NCBI GenBank assembly: GCA_049320885.1
Contig: JBMORA010000018.1
Span: 80,119-144,118 of the forward strand
Direction of reading: 5' to 3'
From: Thermodesulfobacteriota bacterium
GTDB lineage: Bacteria; Desulfobacterota; Desulfobacteria; Desulfobacterales; SURF-7
Length of the DNA: 64,000 nt
Shown here in pieces: positions 1-9,128 of the stretch; positions within the stretch are counted from its first letter, which is position 1, and every line of letters starts with the position of its first letter. The translations under genes were made by a program, and so were the position numbers. The notes beneath the pieces were generated by a model. The model made no database searches and was not told the origin of the DNA. It saw only the letters and a list, made by a program, of their open reading frames with translations.

Positions 1-454
1 CGTCGACTTCAACCCCGACTGAGGCCAACCGGTTCCGAAGGTTGGACGGCAGGGATTTTTCCACCGTGGCCGTCAGCAAAGCCGACTGGCCGGAGGGTTG
101 CGGCAGGTCCAGGATGTGAAAATCCGTCATGGCATCATCAATGGAAAGCGGCAGACTGGGTTCCAGTTCGAACGGAAGAATCTGTTTGATCTTCCTGGTT
201 TCGGCGAACGGGACCCTCATATTCCGGAAGGATATCCGGTCGGCGGGCAACGAAGCGATACAGACGCTGCCGGCCGGGTCAACCACCGTCAGAATTTTTT
301 TCAGGGCCTCGACCTGTTTGTCTTCCGCTTCCGGGAAATCCGCCAGCGCCACAACCGCATGGGATTCGATCTCGAGGCCCTTCAGGCCCACGGCGACCAT
401 CACCGCCGAGATGGAATCCTGCTTGATGTCGATCCCCAGATATTTTCTGCTCAT
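1..454 (-). CDS. gspL: Type II secretion GspL / PilM-like cytoplasmic actin-fold protein (5' part; runs off window edge)
   Basis: Not in the ORF track. Manual translation from ATG at 454: MSRKYLGIDIKQDSISAVMV...SLPADRISFRNMRVPFAETRKIKQILPFELEPSLP. LGIDI and R.l..PF....i...l.FElE motifs; lies directly downstream of gspK. Confidence 0.8.
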   Translation of the reverse strand, partial: MSRKYLGIDIKQDSISAVMVAVGLKGLEIESHAVVALADFPEAEDKQVEALKKILTVVDPAGSVCIASLPADRISFRNMRVPFAETRKIKQILPFELEPSLPLSIDDAMTDFHILDLPQPSGQSALLTATVEKSLPSNLRNRLASVGVEVD

Positions 455-554
455 TGTCGGGGTCCCATGATCTTTTCATTCAGGAGTCTTCTTTCCCACC
501 CCTGTTCCATTGCCATGTCGATGAAAAAACGCGCCCGGAGAGAACAGCTATAAT

Positions 555-1646
555 CTATTCCATCTCCCAACTCAAGACCCGGCATTGCCATTTGCCTGTT
601 TCCGTATTTTTTTCCCGTTCGACAACGGCAATTGTGGTCTGCTTGACGCCGTGCAGCTCAGCGGTCGCCATGATCCGGAAGCAGTCGCTCTGGATGGTGA
701 TGAGATCCGGTTCGATGGTGATGTCGCCAAGGCCCGGCGCGCTCCGATACCAGTCCGGACTAGTGAGATCATGAACGAATTTGCCGCCGGACATCTCATC
801 CCGATATTCCACTATTGCCTGGGCCAGGCTGGGATTCTCCCCGTCCGGCAGCAGCGCCGCGATCACCGGCAAGGAAGCCGTATTGATATTGATTTTACCG
901 GGGTAGGTGGATGTCCCCTGCCCTTCCCCTTCCTTCCCGATCATCCCGTGTACGGTCAGGTAATCCCAGATGAACGCGGAGCTGTCGACGGCCTCCAGGA
1001 GTTTGCGGACCCCTTTCACCAGCAGCAATTCCGAAACATGACGCATGGGCCCGTTCTGACAACGATATGGTGTTTCAAGATCTTGATAATAATCCGATTC
1101 TGCCCCACTCGCCCCGCTGATGGCATCGTCATCCCCCGAATCCAGCCAGTCCTTCATGGAATCGACGATGGCCATGGGACTGGTGTCGTCGTCATTCAGT
1201 CCTTCCATGGGCCTGATATATCTCAGGAAACGAAGCCACATCTGAAACTGGGGTTCGTTCGGTGTCTGGCCTTCCGGGAAATTCACCAAGGCGTTGACCT
1301 GTATCCGGCTGAGTTCGTCGCTGATGACAAGGGTGAGCGTCCCTTCCTCAAAGGGAAATTCCTGAAGCGCCTGTTCGGTTATGGTGGCGTCGGCCCATTC
1401 TTCCTGCAGGGAATCCACGTTGTCGGATTCGTTCTTGTCTCTGACCAGCATCCCCATGCCCACCTGCACCGCGGAGGAGGCCATATGGGCGAGGGTGATT
1501 TTTTGGTGGATGACACCGGTCATGTCCGCGGCCGAGCCGACTTTTCGGTTTAATTCCATCACCGTCGTCATCAACAGAACAATGACCGTCAGAGTGATCA
1601 GGACGGCGATTCCATGGCGGTTCTTCACTGGAAGCAGCGATTTCAC
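555..1646 (-). CDS. gspK: Type II secretion minor pseudopilin GspK
   Basis: Prepilin-like N-terminus (HG|IAVLITL), DELSRIQVN, DWLDSGDD, ELLLVKG and GKININTA motifs. Confidence 0.92.
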   Translation of the reverse strand: MKSLLPVKNRHGIAVLITLTVIVLLMTTVMELNRKVGSAADMTGVIHQKITLAHMASSAVQVGMGMLVRDKNESDNVDSLQEEWADATITEQALQEFPFEEGTLTLVISDELSRIQVNALVNFPEGQTPNEPQFQMWLRFLRYIRPMEGLNDDDTSPMAIVDSMKDWLDSGDDDAISGASGAESDYYQDLETPYRCQNGPMRHVSELLLVKGVRKLLEAVDSSAFIWDYLTVHGMIGKEGEGQGTSTYPGKININTASLPVIAALLPDGENPSLAQAIVEYRDEMSGGKFVHDLTSPDWYRSAPGLGDITIEPDLITIQSDCFRIMATAELHGVKQTTIAVVEREKNTETGKWQCRVLSWEME

Positions 1647-2414
1647 CTAAAGGGTATTCTCCTTCTTCAACCGCCGGACGGGCAACGCCACCATCGTTTC
1701 AAACGGATGCACCGTCCCGCCGCTCTCCATCTCGAGAATCAGCCGGATCGCGGCAGGAGTGGCATAGCCGGTTTCGTCGGCATCCGAATCCCAGGTCTCG
1801 TGCTCCTCCCCGTCCTCATCATAAAATAAAAACCGCAACGATTTCACGTCCCGGCACAGGATCGGATCATTTCTCGGCAGTTCCGGCGACGCCTCCAGGA
1901 TCTGGCAGTCCGACCGCCGCAACACGTTCACCCCATCCATTCGGTCGACATAATAGGTGATCTCCCCTATTCCCTCGGGCAGACCGCCGGAAAGCGGCAG
2001 ATGGGCTCCAGAGGCAAACCGCAGTTTATACCGGCCTCCCTCCACATCCGTGTCCATTTCTTCGCAGACCAGCCGATAGGGATCCGGCGTGTCGGTTTTT
2101 TCCGGCGATTGATACATCGAATCCGGCGTGATCTGAATCGCCGTGAGATCCGCCGTCATCCGGTAAAAACATCCCTGGGCCATGGCATAAATCCGCAGGT
2201 GTTCCTCCACTGCTTCGCTATTGGAAAACAGGAGTTGAAACGATCCGAAAATGGTCACCATGATGATGGTCATGATGAAAACGGCCAGCAATACTTCAAT
2301 CAAGGTAAAACCCGCTGTCCGCCCTGCTCGTTTATCATTCACCTGCGCCGACCTTTCCGGTGCCGCCCGATCAGCAAGCGGCGGTATCTGTATAAGGGGA
2401 TCACGGCGACCCAA
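1647..2414 (-). CDS. gspJ: Type II secretion pseudopilin GspJ
   Basis: AG|FTLIEVLLA N-methylation motif; position between gspI and gspK; start codon uncertain. Confidence 0.85.
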   Translation of the reverse strand: MGRRDPLIQIPPLADRAAPERSAQVNDKRAGRTAGFTLIEVLLAVFIMTIIMVTIFGSFQLLFSNSEAVEEHLRIYAMAQGCFYRMTADLTAIQITPDSMYQSPEKTDTPDPYRLVCEEMDTDVEGGRYKLRFASGAHLPLSGGLPEGIGEITYYVDRMDGVNVLRRSDCQILEASPELPRNDPILCRDVKSLRFLFYDEDGEEHETWDSDADETGYATPAAIRLILEMESGGTVHPFETMVALPVRRLKKENTL

Positions 2415-2802
2415 ACCGATAGCTTCTCAGGGTGTACTTCTGCTCCCCGGAATTCGCGGAAACGGTGACATCGATCCGCTTCATATCGGCGGCCGCGGGC
2501 CCCAGGGTTTCCGATTCCACCGCCTGGATGGTAAATTGAAACCGATACCCGTCGAAGCGGTCACCGAAATCACCTTCGCCTTCCTCCTGCTTTTCCTGAA
2601 GACCGGCTTCTATTTCAGCCATTTTCTCCTGGGCCAGCAACGGAGCGACGGTATAAAACTGCGATCCGCCGGCCATCATGACGGTTTGGGAATGAACGTG
2701 AAAAACAGCGGTTAATACAATGGCGATAATGGACAGGGCCACCATGACTTCCAGCAGGGTAAACCCTCTGGGGGGATGGAGAAGGCGGATACCCATGATC
2801 AT
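2401..2802 (-). CDS. gspI: Type II secretion pseudopilin GspI
   Basis: RG|FTLLEVMVAL motif, 133 aa, operon position. Confidence 0.85.
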   Translation of the reverse strand: MIMGIRLLHPPRGFTLLEVMVALSIIAIVLTAVFHVHSQTVMMAGGSQFYTVAPLLAQEKMAEIEAGLQEKQEEGEGDFGDRFDGYRFQFTIQAVESETLGPAAADMKRIDVTVSANSGEQKYTLRSYRFGSP

Positions 2803-3347
2803 TGCGGATAACTCACATATTCTTCCCGAAGTTCGACGGTCGCCAGGAATGGCTCAATCAACAGGGAAATCGGTTTTTCATCCCTTCCGATCAGATGAAT
2901 GACGGCTCGGTCCGAATACCCCTTTTTAAAAAAATGAATCTCCGCGGTCTCCTGTGAAACAGCACCTTTTCCGAAAAACTCCACATCGGTCAGACGCAGG
3001 CTTTCCGGCAGCGGATATGCACTTGCCGCGGCTTTTTCCAATTCCTCCTCCGAAGCCATGGTTTCATCGGCGACCCATATCCGCTGTTCACGGAGATCCA
3101 GGTGCATGGTGAAATCCCTCTGCCGATGAACGGCGTTGACTTTCAGCTGGCCGGTTTGCACCAACAGAAATCGAATGGCGGCATCGGTATTGTCCTCGAA
3201 CAGAAACGCCGAAAAACGAGGGGTGGCCACAAAGAGCATGATGGCGATGACAGCCATGACCACAACCAGTTCAATCAGGGTGAAGCCCTCGGCGCCAGCT
3301 GGAACATCAGCCCGCCGCGACGGCTGCTGGAGGTCATCGGACGTCAA
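2799..3347 (-). CDS. gspH: Type II secretion pseudopilin GspH
   Basis: EG|FTLIELVVV motif; follows gspG. Start uncertain: in-frame TTG at 3347 chosen because the ORF-track start overlaps gspG. Confidence 0.8.
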   Translation of the reverse strand: MTSDDLQQPSRRADVPAGAEGFTLIELVVVMAVIAIMLFVATPRFSAFLFEDNTDAAIRFLLVQTGQLKVNAVHRQRDFTMHLDLREQRIWVADETMASEEELEKAAASAYPLPESLRLTDVEFFGKGAVSQETAEIHFFKKGYSDRAVIHLIGRDEKPISLLIEPFLATVELREEYVSYPQ

Positions 3348-3399
3348 CTCCCGCCGATCGCCAAGGGCTCCGAAGCACCATGAGTCGGCCGGTGGACGC

Positions 3400-3855
3400 C
3401 TATCTCGTATCCCAGTTGCTGATGTCCTTGTTAAATTCTTCACCACCGACAGCTCCGTCGGCGCCATAGCTGATGATATCATAGTCCCCCTGGAGCCCCG
3501 GACTCAGATAGATATAGTCATTTTCCCAGGGATCCTTCGGCACGGACCTCTTTTCCAGATATCCTCCACGGCGCCATTTCTTGGGCAAAACGCCCACGGT
3601 GGGCATCTCCACCAGGGCTAAAAGACCCTGCTCCGTCGTGGGATACATTCCGTTGTCCAGTTTGTACAATTTCAAGGCCGACTCCAGCGCCACGATATCC
3701 ATCCTGGCTTTATTTTGCCGGGCCTCATCGGGCGCTTCCATGAAATTGACCGTGATAATGGTCGCCAGGATACCCAGTATCACGATGACCACCATCAATT
3801 CAATAAAAGTGAAGCCGGCATTGTCGACTGCAACCCATCGTGTTCTTTTCATCAA
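3400..3855 (-). CDS. gspG: Type II secretion major pseudopilin GspG
   Basis: [37 protein letters not shown] and SYGADG..GGE..N.DI motifs. Confidence 0.96.
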   Translation of the reverse strand: MMKRTRWVAVDNAGFTFIELMVVIVILGILATIITVNFMEAPDEARQNKARMDIVALESALKLYKLDNGMYPTTEQGLLALVEMPTVGVLPKKWRRGGYLEKRSVPKDPWENDYIYLSPGLQGDYDIISYGADGAVGGEEFNKDISNWDTR

Positions 3856-3964
3856 TTTACTTCCTCCAGGCTCTATCCGGTTGAATTTGAATACATTGTA
3901 TGAAGTTTGCGTTCAACTTCTCCGAATGGGTTTCAGCATACGGCATCCCGGAGCGGGAATCAAG

Positions 3965-4339
3965 TCATCCGGTTGTGCCGCGGTTTTGAATTTCCTGGAG
4001 GACTTTGCTGGAAAATCCACGATCCATATCATCCAACGCAAAGGTCAGGGCCGCTTCGATCAGCGCGGATTTATTTTCAATGCGGACACCTGCCAATTTC
4101 AACTCATGGAACTTCCGGTTGAAACGCTCCAACAGTTCAGCGGACAAATAAAATCCCGCCTTTTTTTTACCCGCCGGGCTCAGTTCCTCCTGGATGGAGT
4201 TCTTTTGCCGGCTTTGCGCCGGTTCCATCCCCGGTCGATCCGCTCGCCCACGATTCTCTCCGGTTGCCGTTTTAACCGGATCGAACCCATCCTCCTCGAA
4301 AAAGGCAGGGAACCGGCTCCCATCAGAGGTCATCTCCAT
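3965..4339 (-). CDS. Small ParA-partner protein, disordered N-terminus plus ribbon-helix-helix-like C-terminus
   Basis: Overlaps the parA stop; KKKAGFYLSAELLERF...NKSALIEAAL resembles a beta-alpha-alpha RHH fold. Confidence 0.6.
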   Translation of the reverse strand: MEMTSDGSRFPAFFEEDGFDPVKTATGENRGRADRPGMEPAQSRQKNSIQEELSPAGKKKAGFYLSAELLERFNRKFHELKLAGVRIENKSALIEAALTFALDDMDRGFSSKVLQEIQNRGTTG

Positions 4340-5105
4340 TTACCCTCCTGATCAGTTTTTTGTATCCATCGGCCCCCACCGCCTTGTCCTTATATTCAAA
4401 GATCGTCAAGCCCAATGATGGGGCCTCCGACAGACGGACATTGTAATGGATTGGATCACAAATCTGCTTCTTGAACAATCGACGGAGTTGAGTCAGGATT
4501 TCCAGGCTTTGCCTCGTTCGTTGATCGAACATGGTCGGCAGGATATATTTGAGTTGCAGTTCCGTGTTCAGTTTCTGGGCCGACAACAGATAACCGAAGA
4601 ACGTTTTCAGGCCCTCCAGGGAAGGCCCCTGCAAGGCCACTGGACAAAGAACTTCTTCCACGGCCATCAGGATATTGACACTTAAAACATCCCAGCCGGG
4701 TGCACAGTCAAAAATCAAATAATCAAGGGTTCCCTGCTTCGGCACCAGAATCTTTCCAAGGATCGTCTGGCGCACCTCCCGGGGCTGTTCACCCAGCCAA
4801 TGCTTCAATTCCACCAGACCGATCCCCCCGGCCAGCAACCAGAGATTGTTCCGGCAGGGGAAAATAACTTCCTGCTTGGAAACAAAAGAGCCGTTTTTGT
4901 CCCTGCCGGTCACGAATTCATATAGCCCGTAGGTCGGCTTGACTCCCAAAAATTTGGATGTTTGTCCCTGGGTGTCACAGTCCACCAGCAGTACCCGGTA
5001 TCCCAGCATCGATAAACCGTGGGCCAGATTAACGGCAGTGGTTGTCTTTCCGACACCGCCCTTGGCCATGGCAATGGCGATTTTCCTCATGAGGCGAACT
5101 CCCAT
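4323..5105 (-). CDS. ParA/Soj family ATPase (orphan)
   Basis: Deviant Walker A KGGVGKTT, VDCDTQG, DYLIFDCAP, VRLSEAPS.G; likely start at ATG 5090. Confidence 0.92.
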   Translation of the reverse strand: MGVRLMRKIAIAMAKGGVGKTTTAVNLAHGLSMLGYRVLLVDCDTQGQTSKFLGVKPTYGLYEFVTGRDKNGSFVSKQEVIFPCRNNLWLLAGGIGLVELKHWLGEQPREVRQTILGKILVPKQGTLDYLIFDCAPGWDVLSVNILMAVEEVLCPVALQGPSLEGLKTFFGYLLSAQKLNTELQLKYILPTMFDQRTRQSLEILTQLRRLFKKQICDPIHYNVRLSEAPSLGLTIFEYKDKAVGADGYKKLIRRVNGDDL

Positions 5106-5402
5106 GGAAAAAAGTGGCTCTCGTGCAATCCTTCGACTGTATATTTTCCTTCTGTTAGATAATCAATAGGAACTTTTCCATTTTTCCGGATCACCGGGTC
5201 GGTGGAAAATCCACTCCTGGCCATTAGATTGTTCTTGCCCTTCCGTGCGGAATGCTATATGAAAAAAATGCCCTATTACCCAGAAAAAAAACACGCCGAT
5301 ATTCTTAACTAAAATGGGCAAATTCCCATAACATGGGTTTCGATTGTGAAATATTTGCCATACGGAAGGGCGTAACGGCCGGAGGGAATTTCAGAGGCGG
5401 GG

Positions 5403-5792
5403 ATGACCAAACCATACAAAATGTTGATCATCGATGACAGCCAGGTAATACTTGGAACCTACAACAAATTTTTTACAAAAAAAAATTACCGCGTTATAAC
5501 CGCCACCAACGGCCTGGATGGACTAAAACTGATCGAATCCGAAAAAGAGCGTTTCGACGTGGTGATCACCGATATCGTCATGCCCAACATCAGCGGTGTT
5601 GGGATCATCGCCATTGTGAAAAAAAAATACCCCGAAATCCCGATAATCGCCATAACGGGTTGGGGCGAACATCCGGAAGTTCTGGCTCTGGAAGCATCGG
5701 CGGACATGGTCCTCGAGAAACCCATCGATCTCATCGAGCTGGATAAAATCATCACCGACCTGATTCGCAAAAAAAAGCAAAAAATGGATTAG
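5403..5792 (+). CDS. Single-domain response regulator (REC)
   Basis: LIIDD, TDIVMP, ITG and KP conserved receiver residues. Confidence 0.9.
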   Translation: MTKPYKMLIIDDSQVILGTYNKFFTKKNYRVITATNGLDGLKLIESEKERFDVVITDIVMPNISGVGIIAIVKKKYPEIPIIAITGWGEHPEVLALEASADMVLEKPIDLIELDKIITDLIRKKKQKMD

Positions 5793-5799
5793 CATCAAA

Positions 5800-6840
5800 A
5801 TGGGTCCTCCGATTATTGGCATCAGCAGGGAAATTGAACGGATCAACGATCTGATCAAACACGTGGCCGATACCGGCCTGAACATCGTCATTTCAGGGGA
5901 AACCGGTGTCGGGAAGGAAGTCGTTGCCCAGAATCTCTATCAGAATTCGCCGCGTTTGGGAAAGCCGTTTGTGAAAGTGAACTGTGCGGCGCTTCCCGAA
6001 GGCTTGCTGGAAAGCGAGTTGTACGGCTATGAAAAAGGCGCTTTTACAGGAGCGGATCAGAAACGGCGCGGTAAATTCGAATTGGCCAACGGTGGCGTCC
6101 TGTTTCTGGATGAAATCGGCGATATGCCGCTATTGCTCCAATCCAAACTGCTGCATGTTCTCCAAAGCGGTGAATTCGCCCCGCTTGGTTCTGAAAAGGA
6201 GTTAAAAACCGATACATGGCTGATCGCGGCAACGAACCATAACCTGGAACAGGAAATCAAGGAGCGGAAATTCCGCGAAGATCTGTTTTACCGGCTGAAT
6301 ATCATTACGATCCACGTGCCGCCCCTGCGGGAACGACCGGAAGATATTCCACACCTGATCGACTATTATATCACGATCTATACTTCCAAATTCAACAACA
6401 AGCATATGTTGAAACCGAATTCACGCATTCTGGAAAAACTGGCCCTTTATCCATGGCCTGGCAATGTACGCGAACTTCAGAATGTGCTGAAACGTGTTCT
6501 GGTGTTGGGAAGCTGGGATGATATCATCGCCGAATTGTTTGCCCGCAATTATTCACCGGAAGAACCACCTTCGGTTGCTCAACAACCCCTTGCATCAACC
6601 ACTGCCTTCGGCGATTCGCTTCTGCCGAAGGAGGATTTCAGCCGTCTCGAATCTTTTTCACTCAAGGAAATCAAGCGCCAAGCCCTTGACCGCGTGGAGA
6701 AGGACGCCATCTTGTATATCCTGGAAAAAACCGGCTGGAACCGAAGCAAGGCATCAAAAATACTTAAGATAAGCTATAAAACCCTGCTCTATAAAATTCA
6801 GGACCTGCACATCCAGCCGCCCACAGACAAGGGATATTGA
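5800..6840 (+). CDS. Sigma54-dependent activator lacking an N-terminal regulatory domain (AAA+ and HTH only)
   Basis: GETGVGKE, GAFTGA, LFLDEIG, FREDLFYRLN, WPGNVREL, C-terminal HTH; the AAA domain begins at about residue 5. Confidence 0.92.
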   Translation: MGPPIIGISREIERINDLIKHVADTGLNIVISGETGVGKEVVAQNLYQNSPRLGKPFVKVNCAALPEGLLESELYGYEKGAFTGADQKRRGKFELANGGVLFLDEIGDMPLLLQSKLLHVLQSGEFAPLGSEKELKTDTWLIAATNHNLEQEIKERKFREDLFYRLNIITIHVPPLRERPEDIPHLIDYYITIYTSKFNNKHMLKPNSRILEKLALYPWPGNVRELQNVLKRVLVLGSWDDIIAELFARNYSPEEPPSVAQQPLASTTAFGDSLLPKEDFSRLESFSLKEIKRQALDRVEKDAILYILEKTGWNRSKASKILKISYKTLLYKIQDLHIQPPTDKGY

Positions 6841-6856
6841 GTTCCAGAAACCGGTG

Positions 6857-8362
6857 TCAGGCCTGATCCTGCATATGGTATTTGGATAACAGGCGGGAAA
6901 GGTAGGTGCGCTGAATTCCCATCACCTTGGCGGCCTTGCTGCGATTGCCGTCCGTGTTTTCCAGATTCAGCCGGATAAATTCCTTTTTGAAGCGATTCAG
7001 CGCTTCATTCAGCGTCAGGCCCACCTGCATGCCGGGGAAATCCTGTTTGGCCATGAGAATCGGCAAATCCTCCGGCAGAACCTCCTGCCTGTTTCCCATA
7101 ACCACGGCCCTTTCCAGTGCGTTTCGGAGCTCCCGCACATTTCCCGGCCAATCATACCGGATCATTTTTTCCAGCGCCTTTTGGGAGATCGCCAGGTGCT
7201 GCAGACCACGCTCCTGTTTGAATATATTCAGGTAATGGTCGGCGATCGGCTGGATATCGTCCCGGCGCTCCCGCAGGGGCGGCATCTCGATTCTGACGAC
7301 GTTCAACCGGTAAAATAAATCCTCCCTGAATTTTCCTTCCGCAACATCCTGATCAATATTGCGGTTGGTCGCCGAAATCACCCGCACATTGACGAATATC
7401 GGGTTGTTGCCTCCCACCCGATAAAACATCCCTTCCTGCAGGACCCGTAAGAGTTTTGCCTGCATGCCGGGGCTCATTTCCCCGATTTCATCCAAAAAAA
7501 TGGTCCCGCCGTCGGCCAGTTCGAATTTTCCGTTTTTTCTCGCCCCCGCTCCCGTATAGGCACCCTTCTCATGGCCGAATAGTTCGTCTTCCAACAAAGA
7601 TTCCGGCAAGGCGGCGCAATTGAGTACCACCATGGGCTTGTTTTTTCGCGGTCCGACACGGTGGATCAGTCGCGCCAGCAATTCCTTGCCCGTGCCGCTC
7701 TCTCCCAATATCAGTGTAGTGGTATCGGAGTCGGCCACCTTGAGAGCCTCGCCGATAACTTTCTTGATGGCCCGGCTTTCGCCGACAATCCGGTATTTGA
7801 TGCCCAGTTCTTCCCGCAAGTCCTTGTTTTCTTTTTTAACCTGAATAACCTGACGGGCATTGCCGATTCCTTGCGCAGCCAAATCAGCGAATTCGATAAG
7901 TATTCTTAGATCTATCTCTTGAAACTGCCCCCCGTCCGCCTTATCGATGATTTCCACCACACCGATGATCTCCTGACCGATTTTCATGGGCGCGCAGACG
8001 ATTGAATGGGTGCGGAATCCGATGGAATCGCTGATCTCCTTGTTCCAACGTCCGTCCTGGGATACGTCCCGGATCAACAGGGGATTGCCGGTCTGGGCAA
8101 CCTGACCAGCGATCCCTTTACCGAGTTCAATTTCAAATTGTTTGATTTCTTCTTTTTTTTCGCCAGTTGCGACCTTGAAATACAATCTGCGGGTCTTCGG
8201 GTCCAGCAGCAGCAGGGAACCGGCCTTGGCCCGCATGATCCGGATGGCTTTTTCAATGGTGAATTCCAAAAACCGGTCCAGATCGTGCAACGGCGATCCC
8301 CAAGACGGAAGTTCCTGTAAATCCTCGCTATCTCTTAGATATACGGGTGTTTTTGATTCCAT
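6857..8362 (-). CDS. GAF-domain sigma54-dependent activator (NifA/FhlA-like architecture)
   Basis: N-terminal GAF (GKGIAGQVA, SIVCAPM), GESGTGKE, GAYTGA, WPGNVREL, Fis-type HTH. Confidence 0.92.
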   Translation of the reverse strand: MESKTPVYLRDSEDLQELPSWGSPLHDLDRFLEFTIEKAIRIMRAKAGSLLLLDPKTRRLYFKVATGEKKEEIKQFEIELGKGIAGQVAQTGNPLLIRDVSQDGRWNKEISDSIGFRTHSIVCAPMKIGQEIIGVVEIIDKADGGQFQEIDLRILIEFADLAAQGIGNARQVIQVKKENKDLREELGIKYRIVGESRAIKKVIGEALKVADSDTTTLILGESGTGKELLARLIHRVGPRKNKPMVVLNCAALPESLLEDELFGHEKGAYTGAGARKNGKFELADGGTIFLDEIGEMSPGMQAKLLRVLQEGMFYRVGGNNPIFVNVRVISATNRNIDQDVAEGKFREDLFYRLNVVRIEMPPLRERRDDIQPIADHYLNIFKQERGLQHLAISQKALEKMIRYDWPGNVRELRNALERAVVMGNRQEVLPEDLPILMAKQDFPGMQVGLTLNEALNRFKKEFIRLNLENTDGNRSKAAKVMGIQRTYLSRLLSKYHMQDQA

Positions 8363-8520
8363 GCGATCTCTCGGCGACGGTGGGAGGGTTCGGTATATTC
8401 CATCAACTCATGTGAACAGAACATATCCGAAAGCATGGATTGTGTCAATTTATTGGATTCCCGGAAACAGGGGGGCTATGAAAAACGAGGCGGCGACTAT
8501 TTCAACAGCTGTCGTATCCG

Positions 8521-8730
8521 CTATTTTACGGATAAACGCGGGACGGATCGCCGGTCTTCCCCGGAACGACGGTCAACGCCGCTGCGCCGCTCGGGAATAT
8601 AGGAGGTGTAGGAGAACATCCTTCTGTCTCCGTCGCGTCGCCTGCCGCCGTTATCGGACAGATTTGTTTGTTCCAGATGATCGGACATATACATATTCAC
8701 CAGCGTTTCCATGGCAAGGTTTTGGATCAT
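8521..8730 (-). CDS. Small Arg-rich protein with tandem (D/E)RR repeats
   Basis: DNGGRRRDGDRRMFSYTSYIPERRSGVDRRSGEDRR; preceded by a sigma54 promoter; true start may be a downstream ATG (about 8694 or 8688). Confidence 0.75.
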   Translation of the reverse strand: MIQNLAMETLVNMYMSDHLEQTNLSDNGGRRRDGDRRMFSYTSYIPERRSGVDRRSGEDRRSVPRLSVK

Positions 8731-8796
8731 AATACATCGGCTCTCATTATTTCAGCATGTTTTAGCATAATACCATCAACATGGTGTCTTTTTAGA

Positions 8797-8812
8797 AGCA
8801 ATATGCACGCCA
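8797..8812 (-). promoter_or_regulatory. Sigma54 (-24/-12) promoter
   Basis: Minus strand TGGCGTGCATATTGCT matches TGGCAC-N5-TTGCW with exact GG-N10-GC spacing; AT-rich upstream region. Confidence 0.8.
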
Positions 8813-9043
8813 GAATTCGAAAGCATCCCCGAGATCCTACGAACGCGTTATTAATTTATTGTTTTCAATATATTATTCCAATATCCAATGGCCCTTGCCC
8901 CACTGTCCGGCTCCTACTGGGTAAGTTTTTTCCATATGAATTGGGAAATGTCCGCCTTAACAATTCTGAAATAATTGCCATACTCTCCCCCTTTCGCATT
9001 CTCCCGTCATGATTAATTCTTTTGTTCACCTTATATTTTTGTA

Positions 9044-9107
9044 TTGACAACCCACCCTCCCCACCGCTATATACTGATCAATTAGTCAGCCTGACTGATT
9101 GATCAGT
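9044..9107 (+). promoter_or_regulatory. Sigma70-type promoter overlapped by a 35-bp inverted repeat (probable TetR operator)
   Basis: TTGACA (9044-9049) then TATATACT (9068-9075); ACTGATCAATTAGTCAG-C-CTGACTGATTGATCAGT (9073-9107), 17-bp arms with one mismatch. Confidence 0.8.
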
Positions 9108-9128
9108 TAATTTTTAACCTGGTTCCGA

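Noticed and set aside
3935..3950. Possible sigma54 promoter upstream of gspG (minus strand CGGGATGCCGTATGCT)
   Set aside because: GG-N10-GC spacing is present but the flanking consensus (TGGCAC, TTGC) is poor; could be chance in GC-rich DNA
5344..5361. Rex-like site TTGTGAAATATTTGCCAT
   Set aside because: Only the left half matches TTGTGAA-N4-TTCACAA; right half has three mismatches
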